Source of the DNA: Candidatus Cloacimonadota bacterium
GTDB lineage: Bacteria > Cloacimonadota > Cloacimonadia > JGIOTU-2
DNA length: 64,000 nucleotides
Assembly (NCBI GenBank): GCA_049903315.1
Contig: JBNGBT010000003.1
Span: forward strand, 192,001 to 256,000
Direction: 5' to 3'
Shown piece by piece: positions 18,280 to 28,279 of this stretch. The first letter of the stretch is position 1; each line of letters opens with the position of its first letter. A program made the translations under genes and the position numbers. The notes beneath the pieces were generated by a model. It searched no databases. It was not told the origin of the DNA and was given only the letters and a program-made list of their open reading frames with translations.

Positions 18280-21200
18280 ATGAAAAGTAAGGTAATTATA
18301 TGCATTCTTTCTCTTGTTCTGCTAGGGATTTTCTATACTTTACAAGCTGATATTATTACTGTTAATGCTAATGGCGGATATCAATATTTAACAATTCAAG
18401 ATGGTATTGATGCCGCAAGTAATGGAGATACGGTATTAGTTTATTCTGGAACTTATATCGAAAACATTAATTTCTATGGCAAGGACATCATTGTAGCTTC
18501 CTTATACTTTAGCACTGGAGATGCCGGATACGTAGAGAACACAATTATTGATGGTGGCGGAAACGGCTTTGTAGTACATTTTGAGAATGGTGAAACCGAA
18601 TCTGCTTTGCTTCAGGGTTTTACAATTACAAACGGATACGCTGAAGATGGTGGGGGTATTAAATGTAAAAATGCAAGCATGCCGGTTATTGATCATTTGA
18701 TTATTACAGGTAATGCAGCTTTTGACGATGGCGGCGGTGTTGCGTGCTATACTAATTCAGCGATGAGAATTTCGAATTGTGTTTTTTTTGAAAATGTTGC
18801 TGACGATAATGGAGGTGGCATCTTTCTGAATCATTCTACAGGATTAATTGAAAACTGTCTGTTTTACGAGAATATTTCTAACGGCGGAAGTTCTGCAATA
18901 GATTGTTGGTCGTCCGATCCAATGATAATTAATTGTTCTTTTTTTAATAATGTATCCTACGGATGGGCAACGATTGGTATATGGGACACCTCAAGTCCTT
19001 CTATATTAGATTGTATAGTATCAAATAATACTGGTTCGGGATTTGTGTTTCATTCTCAGTCAGAAGCGATAGTTGAATTTTGTAATTGTTATAACAATTC
19101 CTTTGGTTCCTTTTCTGGTTCTGTACCACCAGGTCTTGGAGTAATCAATCAAGTTAATGCAAACAATGATCCATGTGACGAGTTTTATAATATTTTTATG
19201 GACCCGGAATTAATTGATCCTATAAATTCAGATTTTACGCTGTTCCCTTCATCACCCTGCATAGACGCAGGTATTTCCGATACAATCGGGTTCAACCTTC
19301 CGCAATTCGATCTCGATGGTAATCCTCGTGTCGTTGATGGAAATGGTGATGGATTAGCAATTATTGATATGGGGTGTTATGAATTTGATGGAATGACCAA
19401 TTATGTCTTTACTCGTATTACTAGTGGAGATATTGTTAATGATGCTGGCTATTCTCATGGGAGCAGCTGGATTGACTATGATAATGATAATGATCTCGAT
19501 CTCTTTGTTGCTAACTGGAATGATCAGGATAACTTTCTCTACCAAAATGATGGAAATGGAACATTCACAAAAATCACAAATGGTGTCGTTGTAAACGATG
19601 GGGGTAAATCCTACGGATCAAGCTGGGGTGATTTTAATAATGATGGTCATATCGATGCTTTTGTAAGTAATATTTCAGATCAAGATAATTTTCTCTATCA
19701 AAATAATGGAGATGGAACATTTCTTAAGATTACTGAAGGTGATATTGTTAATGACGGCGGCAAATCCAACAATTGCTGTTGGGGTGATTATAATAATGAT
19801 GGATTTCTCGATCTGTTCATAGCTAACAGTGGCTCTCAAAATAATAGTTTGTATTGCAATTGTGGAGATGGTTCATTTTTGAAAATAACTAACGGTATAT
19901 TAGTAAATGATGCAGGTCAATCAAAAGGTTGTTGTTGGGCGGATTATAACAATGATGGATACCTTGATTTGTTTGTTACAAATTCAGATAATCAAAATAA
20001 CTATTTGTACTGTAATAACGGAAATGGCACTTTTACAAAAATAACAGATGGTCCTATCGTTAATGACGGAGGTGATTCTCGGGGTGGTGGTAGCTGGGGA
20101 GATTATGATAACGATGGCGATCTTGACCTTTTTGTTTCGAACAGGTTGCAAAACAATTTCCTTTATTGTAACGATGGAGATGGCACTTTTACTAAAATCA
20201 CTGCAGGGGATATTGTAAATGATGGTGGAAATTCTCGAGGAAGCAGCTGGGCTGACTATAACAACGACGGATATCTGGACCTGTTCGTATCCAATGACGG
20301 TGGAAATAACTTCTTATATAAAAACAATTGTGATGGCACTTTTACCAAAATCACTGATGAAGTTATTACTAATAATGACGGCGTTTCTGTAGGATGTGTA
20401 TGGGGAGATTATGATAATGACGGTGACCTAGACATATTCGTAAGTAATTTCTGGGATGATAATAATTACTTATATAAGAATAACGGTAATGATAACAACT
20501 GGATAAATATCAAATGTGTTGGTACTATTTCAAATAAAGCTGCCATCGGCACAAAAGTAAAAGTGAAAACGATCCTGGATGGAAGCCCAATGTGGCAGGT
20601 GAGAGAAATTTCAGCATTGAATGGATACAGTAGCCAAAATAGTCTGAATGTCGAGTTCGGTTTAGAGAGCAGTACACTTATAGATTCGGTAATCGTAAGT
20701 TGGCCAAGTGGTACTGAACAAATCCTAACAAACACAGCGTCTAATCAGTTTATTACAATTACTGAGCCTTTTTCTTCTCCTGATCAAATTGCACTTCAAA
20801 TTCCCACAGTAAATGCACTTCCCGGAGATACAGTTCTTATGCCTATGAATGTTCAATTTCCCCAAGATTCGACTTTCACGTCCGCAGAAATTCAAGTAGG
20901 TGGATATTTGGGATCATTAGAATTTGTTGAATTAATTGCTGATTGCAGCCTGGTTGGCGATGCCGGATGGTTGTATGAATCTAATGAAAACGACAGCGTA
21001 AACACAATATGGATGGCTGGATCTGAAGCCATATCCGGTGAAGGTACTCTAATCTGGATGAAATTTATAATACCGGAAACTGCAGCTGGTTTTATTCCAA
21101 TCATACTTGTAGATGCGTTGTTTGATACGGGTGTGATACCTGTCAATGTAACTTCTGGTGGTGTAAATGTTGTCACACCATTGTATGGAGATGTAGATTT

Positions 21201-22083
21201 CAACGGATTGGTACAAGCCTATGATGCTTCTATGATCCTGAAATATCTTGCGGGCTATATTAATCTTGATGCTCTGCAACTTACAGTTGCTGATGTGAGT
21301 CTTGATTCAACAGTTTCTGCTCTTGATGCAACGCTGATTTTGCAGTATGGTGTTGGCATTATTGATACTTTGCCCTATGAACCAGGTCCAGACTACATTG
21401 CAGATGGTGATATCTCAATGGAAGATGCAGCCTATACAGGAATTCCGGTTGAAATACCTCTATATATCACAAATTCGGAAAAGATTTATTCATTCGAAGG
21501 CTTGATCAATTTTGATTCTCAGCTTCTCACATTATTAAGCATTTCTTGGTCAGAATACTTAGATGGATGTAATATTCAATATAATGTAAATGAAGGAGAA
21601 TGTAGGATCGTTGGGGCGGATATCGAACCATACAACCAGAACGGCATATTTGCAACGTTACGATTCTATGTTAATGAGGAATTTGCTCCAAGCGACTCCA
21701 CAATTATCTATTTCGACAGGATGCGCTGGAATGAGAACGATGTAATGTATAATGTCGATCGTGCGAAGATTTTTAACAATTTTGGAATAAATGATCCTCA
21801 TGAGTACGAATTCATACTTCATCAGAATAGTCCAAATCCCTTTACGCATACAACCAAAATTCAATATTCAATCCCATCGGAAAGCTCAGTCTCTCTCAAA
21901 ATATACAATATAAAAGGTGAATTTGTTAAGGAACTTATCGATGATTATAAAGATAAAGGGACATATGAAGTTGCCTGGGATGGGAGAGATAAATATGGAA
22001 ATAAGGTTGTAAGTGGTGTATATTTCTATCAATTTATTAGTGGCGATACAAAAGTAATTAAAAGGATGATACTACTTAACTAA
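18280..22083 (+). CDS. Large secreted protein: beta-helix + 7 FG-GAP/VCBS repeats + ASPIC/UnbV + cohesin + dockerin + cohesin + FlgD-Ig/T9SS-like C-terminal domain
   Basis: Signal peptide; TIQDGIDAASNGDTVLV and GGG repeats; SPCIDAG/DMGCYE; seven WGDYDNDGxLDLF repeats; VEFGL...WPSG; GDVDFNGLVQAYDA...DVSLDSTVSALDA; QNSPNPF...IYNIKG...WDGRD...SGVYFY. GGAGG RBS. Confidence 0.9.
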   Translation: MKSKVIICILSLVLLGIFYTLQADIITVNANGGYQYLTIQDGIDAASNGDTVLVYSGTYIENINFYGKDIIVASLYFSTGDAGYVENTIIDGGGNGFVVHFENGETESALLQGFTITNGYAEDGGGIKCKNASMPVIDHLIITGNAAFDDGGGVACYTNSAMRISNCVFFENVADDNGGGIFLNHSTGLIENCLFYENISNGGSSAIDCWSSDPMIINCSFFNNVSYGWATIGIWDTSSPSILDCIVSNNTGSGFVFHSQSEAIVEFCNCYNNSFGSFSGSVPPGLGVINQVNANNDPCDEFYNIFMDPELIDPINSDFTLFPSSPCIDAGISDTIGFNLPQFDLDGNPRVVDGNGDGLAIIDMGCYEFDGMTNYVFTRITSGDIVNDAGYSHGSSWIDYDNDNDLDLFVANWNDQDNFLYQNDGNGTFTKITNGVVVNDGGKSYGSSWGDFNNDGHIDAFVSNISDQDNFLYQNNGDGTFLKITEGDIVNDGGKSNNCCWGDYNNDGFLDLFIANSGSQNNSLYCNCGDGSFLKITNGILVNDAGQSKGCCWADYNNDGYLDLFVTNSDNQNNYLYCNNGNGTFTKITDGPIVNDGGDSRGGGSWGDYDNDGDLDLFVSNRLQNNFLYCNDGDGTFTKITAGDIVNDGGNSRGSSWADYNNDGYLDLFVSNDGGNNFLYKNNCDGTFTKITDEVITNNDGVSVGCVWGDYDNDGDLDIFVSNFWDDNNYLYKNNGNDNNWINIKCVGTISNKAAIGTKVKVKTILDGSPMWQVREISALNGYSSQNSLNVEFGLESSTLIDSVIVSWPSGTEQILTNTASNQFITITEPFSSPDQIALQIPTVNALPGDTVLMPMNVQFPQDSTFTSAEIQVGGYLGSLEFVELIADCSLVGDAGWLYESNENDSVNTIWMAGSEAISGEGTLIWMKFIIPETAAGFIPIILVDALFDTGVIPVNVTSGGVNVVTPLYGDVDFNGLVQAYDASMILKYLAGYINLDALQLTVADVSLDSTVSALDATLILQYGVGIIDTLPYEPGPDYIADGDISMEDAAYTGIPVEIPLYITNSEKIYSFEGLINFDSQLLTLLSISWSEYLDGCNIQYNVNEGECRIVGADIEPYNQNGIFATLRFYVNEEFAPSDSTIIYFDRMRWNENDVMYNVDRAKIFNNFGINDPHEYEFILHQNSPNPFTHTTKIQYSIPSESSVSLKIYNIKGEFVKELIDDYKDKGTYEVAWDGRDKYGNKVVSGVYFYQFISGDTKVIKRMILLN
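19408..20496 (+). repeat. Seven intragenic tandem ~156-bp (52-aa) FG-GAP-type repeats, probably a 7-bladed beta-propeller
   Basis: Unit consensus FTKITxGxIVNDGGxSxGxxWGDYxNDGxLDLFVxNxxxxxNxLYxNxGxGT seen 7 times. Confidence 0.9.
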
Positions 22084-22109
22084 ATAGATTCGTTATAATA
22101 GAGCCCGGA

Positions 22110-22904
22110 TCACATTTTAAAGATAGACTTCAGTTTATTTTTCAGTGAACCGGGTTTTTTTCTTTCGTCGAAATAACCTTCAAAATTATGAATGAGTACT
22201 TCGTTGTTTAAAATTCGTTTTGGATTTTCATAGAACAATATTTCAGCAAGGTCTTCAGAATAATTTGAGGCGACAAGATCATAGGTATCTTTCATTAGGA
22301 TAGGGCGCTTTTTAAGACCGTGAACATCGGATGCAATAACATGAACGCAGCCTAGATTCAGCATTTCCAATGCGAGGTCTTTCACGGCATTTCCATAGAC
22401 GCCCAAAATACTGCCGCTGTTCATCTGCACATATATTTCTCTATTTACTATTGTAAGCAGGTAATCGATATTATTCATGAAGGGTGAAAATCTCTCTGCA
22501 TGTGCAATAATTGGTCGAAATCCATTTTGCTGAAAATTAAAGAGGATTTCTTCAAAATTATCAGGAAACCTTTGCAGTGCGGTCTCAATAAGTACATAAT
22601 TACTCTGTGCCAGAGTGAGATCTTCTTTTTTTACTTTGCTTACCAGATCAGGTTCACAATAGAGTTCTGCTCCGGAATGTAGAATCATATTTAGATTATG
22701 TTTTTGTATAAGCTCCCGAACCTCATTGACTTTTTCGGTAATAATCTTGTGAGAGTTTTCATACACACCTGAAATAATGTGTGGAGTGGCGACAAGTTCT
22801 GTTACCCCCTGATCAATGAGCGCTTGTAATATCTCATAACTCTCTTGTAAATCCTGTGCGCCGTCATCGATGCCGGGCAGTACATGAGTGTGAATATCTA
22901 TCAT
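22110..22904 (-). CDS. PHP-family phosphatase, CpsB/CapC/YwqE-like
   Basis: MIDIHTHVLPGIDDG, ATPH, AHAER and IASDVH motifs. Confidence 0.92.
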   Translation of the reverse strand: MIDIHTHVLPGIDDGAQDLQESYEILQALIDQGVTELVATPHIISGVYENSHKIITEKVNEVRELIQKHNLNMILHSGAELYCEPDLVSKVKKEDLTLAQSNYVLIETALQRFPDNFEEILFNFQQNGFRPIIAHAERFSPFMNNIDYLLTIVNREIYVQMNSGSILGVYGNAVKDLALEMLNLGCVHVIASDVHGLKKRPILMKDTYDLVASNYSEDLAEILFYENPKRILNNEVLIHNFEGYFDERKKPGSLKNKLKSIFKM

Positions 22905-22909
22905 CTCAA

Positions 22910-23656
22910 CTATAAGTGAATTGCTTCTGCAAAATCTTTGATAAGATTGGTCTGGTCATTCTTTTCTATAGCAGTTCCAATCACTATAAAATCAGCACCT
23001 GCGGATACTTTTTCTCTGGCTTCCTGAGGAGTTTTTATTCCACCGCCGATGATCATTGGTATAGAAATGTTCTCTTTGACTTTCTTTATCATATCTGAAG
23101 GCACAGATTGTTTTGCTCCGCTTCCTCCGTCAAAAAAAATAAGCTTCATACCAAGATATTGTGCAGCAAGTGCGTGTGATACTGCAATATCATATTTGGT
23201 CCTTGGTATTGGAAGGCTGCTGCTCATAAACTGAACTGAAGTGAGTGATCCGGATTCGATAAGGAAGTAACCAGTAGGAATAGCTTCCACATCATATTTT
23301 TTGATAAGAGGAGCTGTCCTAACTTGTTCACCAATAAGCAATTGAGGATTCCTGCTGCTCATCATGCTGAGGAAAAGGATTGCATCTGCATAGGGTGAAA
23401 CAAAATTGAAAATTCCCGGAAAAACGAGTACGGGTATTGTCACTTGTTCTTTTATGACCCTCACGGTTTCATTAAAATTATCTCTAACCATCAAGCTGCC
23501 ACCGACCAAAATGACATCAACACCGCTGAGCTGACATTTTTCTGCAAGCTTTGCGGATTCCGAAGGTGCTTGTGTGTCAGGATCTATGAGACAAAAGAAA
23601 CCCGCTTTTTTCTCATTTTTTAATGAATATAAAAATCGTAATATAGTATCTTTCAT
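22910..23656 (-). CDS. Geranylgeranylglyceryl-phosphate synthase (GGGPS/PcrB family, group II-like)
   Basis: LIDPD, LVGGS, FPG, TGYFLIESG, FFDGGSG and IGGGI; ATG at 23656 overlaps the DGGGPS stop (ATGA). Confidence 0.92.
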   Translation of the reverse strand: MKDTILRFLYSLKNEKKAGFFCLIDPDTQAPSESAKLAEKCQLSGVDVILVGGSLMVRDNFNETVRVIKEQVTIPVLVFPGIFNFVSPYADAILFLSMMSSRNPQLLIGEQVRTAPLIKKYDVEAIPTGYFLIESGSLTSVQFMSSSLPIPRTKYDIAVSHALAAQYLGMKLIFFDGGSGAKQSVPSDMIKKVKENISIPMIIGGGIKTPQEAREKVSAGADFIVIGTAIEKNDQTNLIKDFAEAIHL

Positions 23657-24489
23657 TGCGCCACCCATAAAATAACTAAAAATACAAGCATATGTATTTT
23701 CATAAAACTTTCTGAATATTTTGCCGTCTTTGTGATCGGTTTTATTAAAAGAATTATCAAGTTAATAAAAAGTAATAATAGGATACCGATTAGTAATACA
23801 ATAAAGAATGCTAACGAGTAAAATTCCGGATAACCCCAAATAATTGTTGCTGCGAATCCTATCCAGAACAAAAGTGCCAGGAGAAGGGTTTTTTTGTCAC
23901 CCCACAAAATCGGCAGCGTTTTTGCTTCCGCAGATCTGTCGCCATTCTTATCTTCTATGTCTTTCACAAGTTCTCTTATGATAGTATAAAAAAAAGCACA
24001 GAGTCCTACAAAAAAAGCATTTCTGAGATTACTTGTAATAAAGCTTCCAAAGATAAAGGTTGAAGCGGTCACGAAAGCGACAAGTAGATTTCCCAAGAAA
24101 TGTATTCTTTTACTTTTCCATGCATATATAAAAAGCAGTAATGAATTAAATGCAGCAATTGCGATCATCCAAGGATTGCGCAGAAATATACTGATAATTA
24201 TTCCCAAGGCAAAAAGGCAGATCCCGTAATATTTTGCTTTTAATGGAGTGATCAGTCCAGAAGGCAAAACTCTTTCTTTACGATTGATCATATCGATCGA
24301 ATAGTCATAGTAGTCATTGAGAACGTAACCTCCCCCTGAAATAATCGCTGCAGCAATGCCTGCGAGAAGGGGAAAAAGAAGCGGGAACACTGCTACTTTG
24401 TAGTATGCTCCGAAGAGAACTGCAATCAATACAAAGAAAAAATTCAGCGGTCTGAGAATACGAATATATGCGAAGAAGGTTTTTATCAC
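23653..24489 (-). CDS. UbiA-family prenyltransferase, digeranylgeranylglyceryl-phosphate synthase (DGGGPS)-like
   Basis: ILRPLN, NDYYDYSIDMINRKERVLPSG, GNLLVA and RELVKDIEDKNGD...TLP; ~8 TM; GTG start overlaps the upstream stop. Confidence 0.88.
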   Translation of the reverse strand: MIKTFFAYIRILRPLNFFFVLIAVLFGAYYKVAVFPLLFPLLAGIAAAIISGGGYVLNDYYDYSIDMINRKERVLPSGLITPLKAKYYGICLFALGIIISIFLRNPWMIAIAAFNSLLLFIYAWKSKRIHFLGNLLVAFVTASTFIFGSFITSNLRNAFFVGLCAFFYTIIRELVKDIEDKNGDRSAEAKTLPILWGDKKTLLLALLFWIGFAATIIWGYPEFYSLAFFIVLLIGILLLLFINLIILLIKPITKTAKYSESFMKIHMLVFLVILWVAQ

Positions 24490-25400
24490 TAGGGAATTCT
24501 GTCATGAATGCGTTCTACAACATCTAGGAGAACGCTATTGTGTGGTATATATTTGATGATATTCTGTGCGTCTTGGATGAGTTTTTGAGCTTGTCGCTTT
24601 GATTCTTCTATGCCAAGAAGAGTAGGATAGGTGACTTTTTCATTGCGCTGATCTTCGCCGGATTCCTTGTCAAGTATGTCGTCTGCTCCAACCTCATCAA
24701 GGATATCATCTATAACCTGATAAGCAAGCCCGATATTCAACGCAAAGTCGCTCAATGCATTGGTGATCTGCTCAGTAGCGCCTGCGAGAATGCATGCACA
24801 GCGCTCTGCAGAACGGAGAAGTGCCCCGGTTTTTTTGAGATGAATATCCCTCAAAATATGCAGTTTCACTCTTTTTTGCGAGGCTGTAATATCAACAACC
24901 TGTCCGCCGATCATGCCTCTAGTGGATGCTGCTTCGATGAGTTCTTCAAGGCACTGGATCGCTTTTTTGCTATTGCGCAGCTTGAGAACTGTCTCGAATC
25001 CTTTGGTCATAAGTGCATCACCAGCAAGGATAGCTATTGCATTGCCAAATTTCTTATGACAGCTTGCTTTTCCACGTCGCTCATCGGCATTATCAATAAA
25101 AGGGAGGTCATCATGTATCAAAGAGGCGGTATGCAGCATCTCGATTGCACAGGCGACAGGGAGTACTGGCTGCACAGCTCTTTTATCGCGTTTGTTTGCA
25201 AGCATTTCATAGGTTGCCAACATCAATATAGGACGCAGACGTTTTCCTCCAGCCAATACGGAATATCTCATCGCACGATGAATTATCTCGGGTTTTGTGC
25301 TGTCAGAATCGAGATATTTCGAAAGAGCTTTATTGATAAGCTCTCTTCTGCTTTCAAAATATTTATCTAATATCAACAATCCTCCTAGGATCAATTTCAT
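24489..25400 (-). CDS. Polyprenyl diphosphate synthase (IspA/CrtE family, probably GGPP-forming)
   Basis: GGKRLRP, FARM HTASLIHDDLP...RRGK, GQVVD, KTGAL and SARM YQVIDDILD. Small Ala at -5 of the FARM. Possible TTG start at 25376. Confidence 0.92.
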   Translation of the reverse strand: MKLILGGLLILDKYFESRRELINKALSKYLDSDSTKPEIIHRAMRYSVLAGGKRLRPILMLATYEMLANKRDKRAVQPVLPVACAIEMLHTASLIHDDLPFIDNADERRGKASCHKKFGNAIAILAGDALMTKGFETVLKLRNSKKAIQCLEELIEAASTRGMIGGQVVDITASQKRVKLHILRDIHLKKTGALLRSAERCACILAGATEQITNALSDFALNIGLAYQVIDDILDEVGADDILDKESGEDQRNEKVTYPTLLGIEESKRQAQKLIQDAQNIIKYIPHNSVLLDVVERIHDRIP

Positions 25401-25452
25401 GTCCCGAAAGGTCGGGTTGAACTTATTGTAAAGTGTAAAAGCTGCAATTTCT

Positions 25453-25458
25453 TGTCAA
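25453..25458 (-). promoter_or_regulatory. TTGACA -35 box heading the ether-lipid operon
   Basis: In the priA-polyprenyl synthase gap, correct orientation. Confidence 0.6.
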
Positions 25459-25490
25459 ATTTTCCAGTTTCAAATCGTATTTAACTTCCT

Positions 25491-27872
25491 TTATAAAAGC
25501 GAAATGGGGTCAATGTCAATCTGCATTTTTATATAGTTTGGAATTTTCACGTTACCCCGGAACCATTCAATAAAGTGGTTGATATTTGGTTGATGTTCAG
25601 CTTTTATTAATATATGATAACGGTATTGTTTCCTGATTTTGCTAATGGGGGCAGGTGTCGGGCTGAGTATAATAAGTTTATCTTTTTGAGGATACTGAGC
25701 GATCTTATATCTGATGCTGTCCATGAAAGCATGAAGCTGCTCTTCATTATTGAGCAGGAAAAGAATCCGAACTAGTTTGGTGAATGGTGGATAATGAAGC
25801 TCCTGTCTGAGGTGAAGCTCGTGCTGATAAAAACCAAAAAAGTTCTGTTTTTGAGCATATTGAATGCTGTAATGTTTCGGATTATAGGTTTGGACGATCA
25901 CCTCACCTTCTTTTTCACTCCGTCCAGCGCGTCCGGCGACCTGAATAATATGCTGGAAATTTCGTTCTGATGCCCTGAAATCCGGCAGATTGAGATTTAC
26001 ATCTGCCGAGACTATTCCAACTAAAGTAATATTCGGGAAATCAAGTCCCTTGATAATCATTTGAGTGCCAAGTAAAATATCAATATATCCGTTGCGTACC
26101 TGGTCAAATACATTTTGGTAACTATTCTTTTTCGTTGTGGTGTCACTATCCATTCGAGCAATTCTTGCAGTGGGGAAAAGAAATTGAAGGTTCTGCTCGA
26201 TCTTCTCGGTGCCCGGGGAACCAAAATTAAAAATGTACCCACCGCATTCAGGACACTTGCGAGGCATGGAGCGTTCATATCCACAATAATGACACTTGAT
26301 CTTTTTGTTTCGCGAATGATAGGTCATGCTGATGTTGCAATCTTTGCATTGAAGTACATGTCCGCACTTTACACACTGCACGTATGAAGCGTATCCTCTC
26401 CTATTCTGAAAGAGAAGGATCTGTTCCTTCTTAAGGAGCCTGTCTTCGATCTTGTTCCTGAGAAGTTGTGAAAAAATCTTCGTATGATCTTCCTCTTCAC
26501 GCATATCAACAACAATCAGCTTGGGCAGTATTTGATTTTTCACTCTTTTGGTCATTTTAAGAAGAGAATACTTCTCATGTTGAGTATTAAAATATGATTC
26601 AAGATAAGGAGTTGCAGTTCCTAAAAGCACCACCGCATTATTCGTTTTTGCTCTCAAAACTGCCATGTCACGTGCATTATAGAGAGGTGGTCGTTCGTGC
26701 TGCTTGTAGGTATTTTCATGTTCTTCATCCACTATAATAAGTCCAAGATTTTCAAGCGGAGCAAAGAGCGCACTCCTTGGACCAATAGCTATCTTTTTTT
26801 CCCCCTTCTTCAATAAATTCCAATAGTGTAAACGCTCTCTGTCGCTAAGCTTGCTGTGTAGAACTGCAATGATATCACCGAAGTGAGAGTAAAATCTCTC
26901 AACTGTCTGGGGAGTTAAGGAAATTTCAGGAATAAGTATTATCGCAGTTTTGCCTTGAGAAAGGCTTTTTTTCATTGCTCGGATATAGACTTCGGTTTTT
27001 CCGCTTGAAGTGACGCCATGAAGAAGAAACGCATGAAAAGTGTGATCATCTATGTGAGTTTCGAGTTTCCCTAAAACCTCAGCTTGTTCTTCAGTAAGTA
27101 CGAAGGTTAGAGGTTCATTCTGCACTATATCCGAGAAAATATCAGGATGAATTTCACGCTTATAGATTTCAACAAGATTTTTCTCTTTTAATTTATTAAT
27201 GATGCTGTAGGAAAATTCTTTTGAAATATCTGCCATGAAGATAGGCTCAGACTGGTTTTGGAGGAAATGGAGGAGCTCCTGTTGTTTGGGACTGAGCACT
27301 TCATCAGAGGAATCTGCTATAAGTTTGATGCAGTTCACGGTTTTCTTCTGTACTTTTCTCTTATAGTGACGTTCGATATCGATGAATCCCTGTTCCTCCA
27401 TGTCGAGAAGGTTTTTGTAAAGGCGAGAAATTTTAGACTTTTTCAAGTCTTCAATCGAACAGGAGTTTCCATTTTTTTCTATAAATTTAATTACCTTTAG
27501 GAAATCTTTATCCTTGGTTTCGGACTTTTTCAGCGTAATTTTCTGTATTGTATTTACGTTGATACCGGCCGGCAGCATTGCTTTGAAAACGAGTCCAATA
27601 GGGCAGTGGTAATATTTTGAAATCCATTTGGCGAAGGTCAGAAGCTCTTTATTGATAAGTGGTTTCTCATCGATAATTTCATGAATTTCTTTTATTTTAT
27701 CTTCATCATATGCAGGTTTTTCTGTAAGTCCTATAATAATCCCTGTCTGGATACGGTAATTGAAACCCACGATCACTCTTTGCCCGATTTTGGGAGAAAT
27801 ACTCTTGGGACAAGAATAGGTGAATGTGTCCTTGATATTAATCGGCAACGCAACTTCGATAAAGATTTTCAT
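25491..27872 (-). CDS. priA: Primosomal protein N'
   Basis: GVTSSGKTEVY, IPEISLTPQ, DEEHE, NRRGYA, CxxC zinc pairs, KGLDFP and QVAGRAGR. Confidence 0.96.
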   Translation of the reverse strand: MKIFIEVALPINIKDTFTYSCPKSISPKIGQRVIVGFNYRIQTGIIIGLTEKPAYDEDKIKEIHEIIDEKPLINKELLTFAKWISKYYHCPIGLVFKAMLPAGINVNTIQKITLKKSETKDKDFLKVIKFIEKNGNSCSIEDLKKSKISRLYKNLLDMEEQGFIDIERHYKRKVQKKTVNCIKLIADSSDEVLSPKQQELLHFLQNQSEPIFMADISKEFSYSIINKLKEKNLVEIYKREIHPDIFSDIVQNEPLTFVLTEEQAEVLGKLETHIDDHTFHAFLLHGVTSSGKTEVYIRAMKKSLSQGKTAIILIPEISLTPQTVERFYSHFGDIIAVLHSKLSDRERLHYWNLLKKGEKKIAIGPRSALFAPLENLGLIIVDEEHENTYKQHERPPLYNARDMAVLRAKTNNAVVLLGTATPYLESYFNTQHEKYSLLKMTKRVKNQILPKLIVVDMREEEDHTKIFSQLLRNKIEDRLLKKEQILLFQNRRGYASYVQCVKCGHVLQCKDCNISMTYHSRNKKIKCHYCGYERSMPRKCPECGGYIFNFGSPGTEKIEQNLQFLFPTARIARMDSDTTTKKNSYQNVFDQVRNGYIDILLGTQMIIKGLDFPNITLVGIVSADVNLNLPDFRASERNFQHIIQVAGRAGRSEKEGEVIVQTYNPKHYSIQYAQKQNFFGFYQHELHLRQELHYPPFTKLVRILFLLNNEEQLHAFMDSIRYKIAQYPQKDKLIILSPTPAPISKIRKQYRYHILIKAEHQPNINHFIEWFRGNVKIPNYIKMQIDIDPISLL

Positions 27873-27913
27873 AAATTATTTACATAAAAAAATATTTTTT
27901 CCACTTTTGAAAC

Positions 27914-28279
27914 ATGAATAAAACTTTTGGAACCTTTGGTGAGGACACAGCAACAAAATTCCTGGAAAGCAATGGCTATACAGTGATCGAACGAAATTAC
28001 CATTCTCCATATGGTGAAATAGATATCATTTGCAGCAGGGATGAAGAACTCATTTTTGTAGAAGTCAAAGCACGAAGATCTCATACATTTGGAGAAGCAT
28101 TGGATGCAGTTACAGAGAGCAAAAGACAAAAAATCATTAAAACCGCCTACCACTACCTATCAAAAAAAGACATCGAAATGCCTGTCCGATTTGACATAAT
28201 TACGCTTGATTATAACAAAAATTCAAAGGAATATTCGCTGCGTCACATTAAAAATGCATTTCTCGGAGAGGATTACTGA
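27914..28279 (+). CDS. yraN: YraN family (UPF0102) endonuclease-like protein
   Basis: GEDTA, RNY, GEIDII, FVEVKAR, RFDII and HIKNAF. Confidence 0.93.
   Translation: MNKTFGTFGEDTATKFLESNGYTVIERNYHSPYGEIDIICSRDEELIFVEVKARRSHTFGEALDAVTESKRQKIIKTAYHYLSKKDIEMPVRFDIITLDYNKNSKEYSLRHIKNAFLGEDY

Noticed and set aside
19408..20496. Regular ~156-bp periodicity as a possible CRISPR or mobile repeat
   Set aside because: In-frame, codon-degenerate FG-GAP protein repeats; no identical repeats with unique spacers and no cas genes.
26990..27025. PriA Walker A reading GVTSSGKT rather than GVTGSGKT
   Set aside because: The GKT core is intact and this looks like an ordinary variant, not inactivation.
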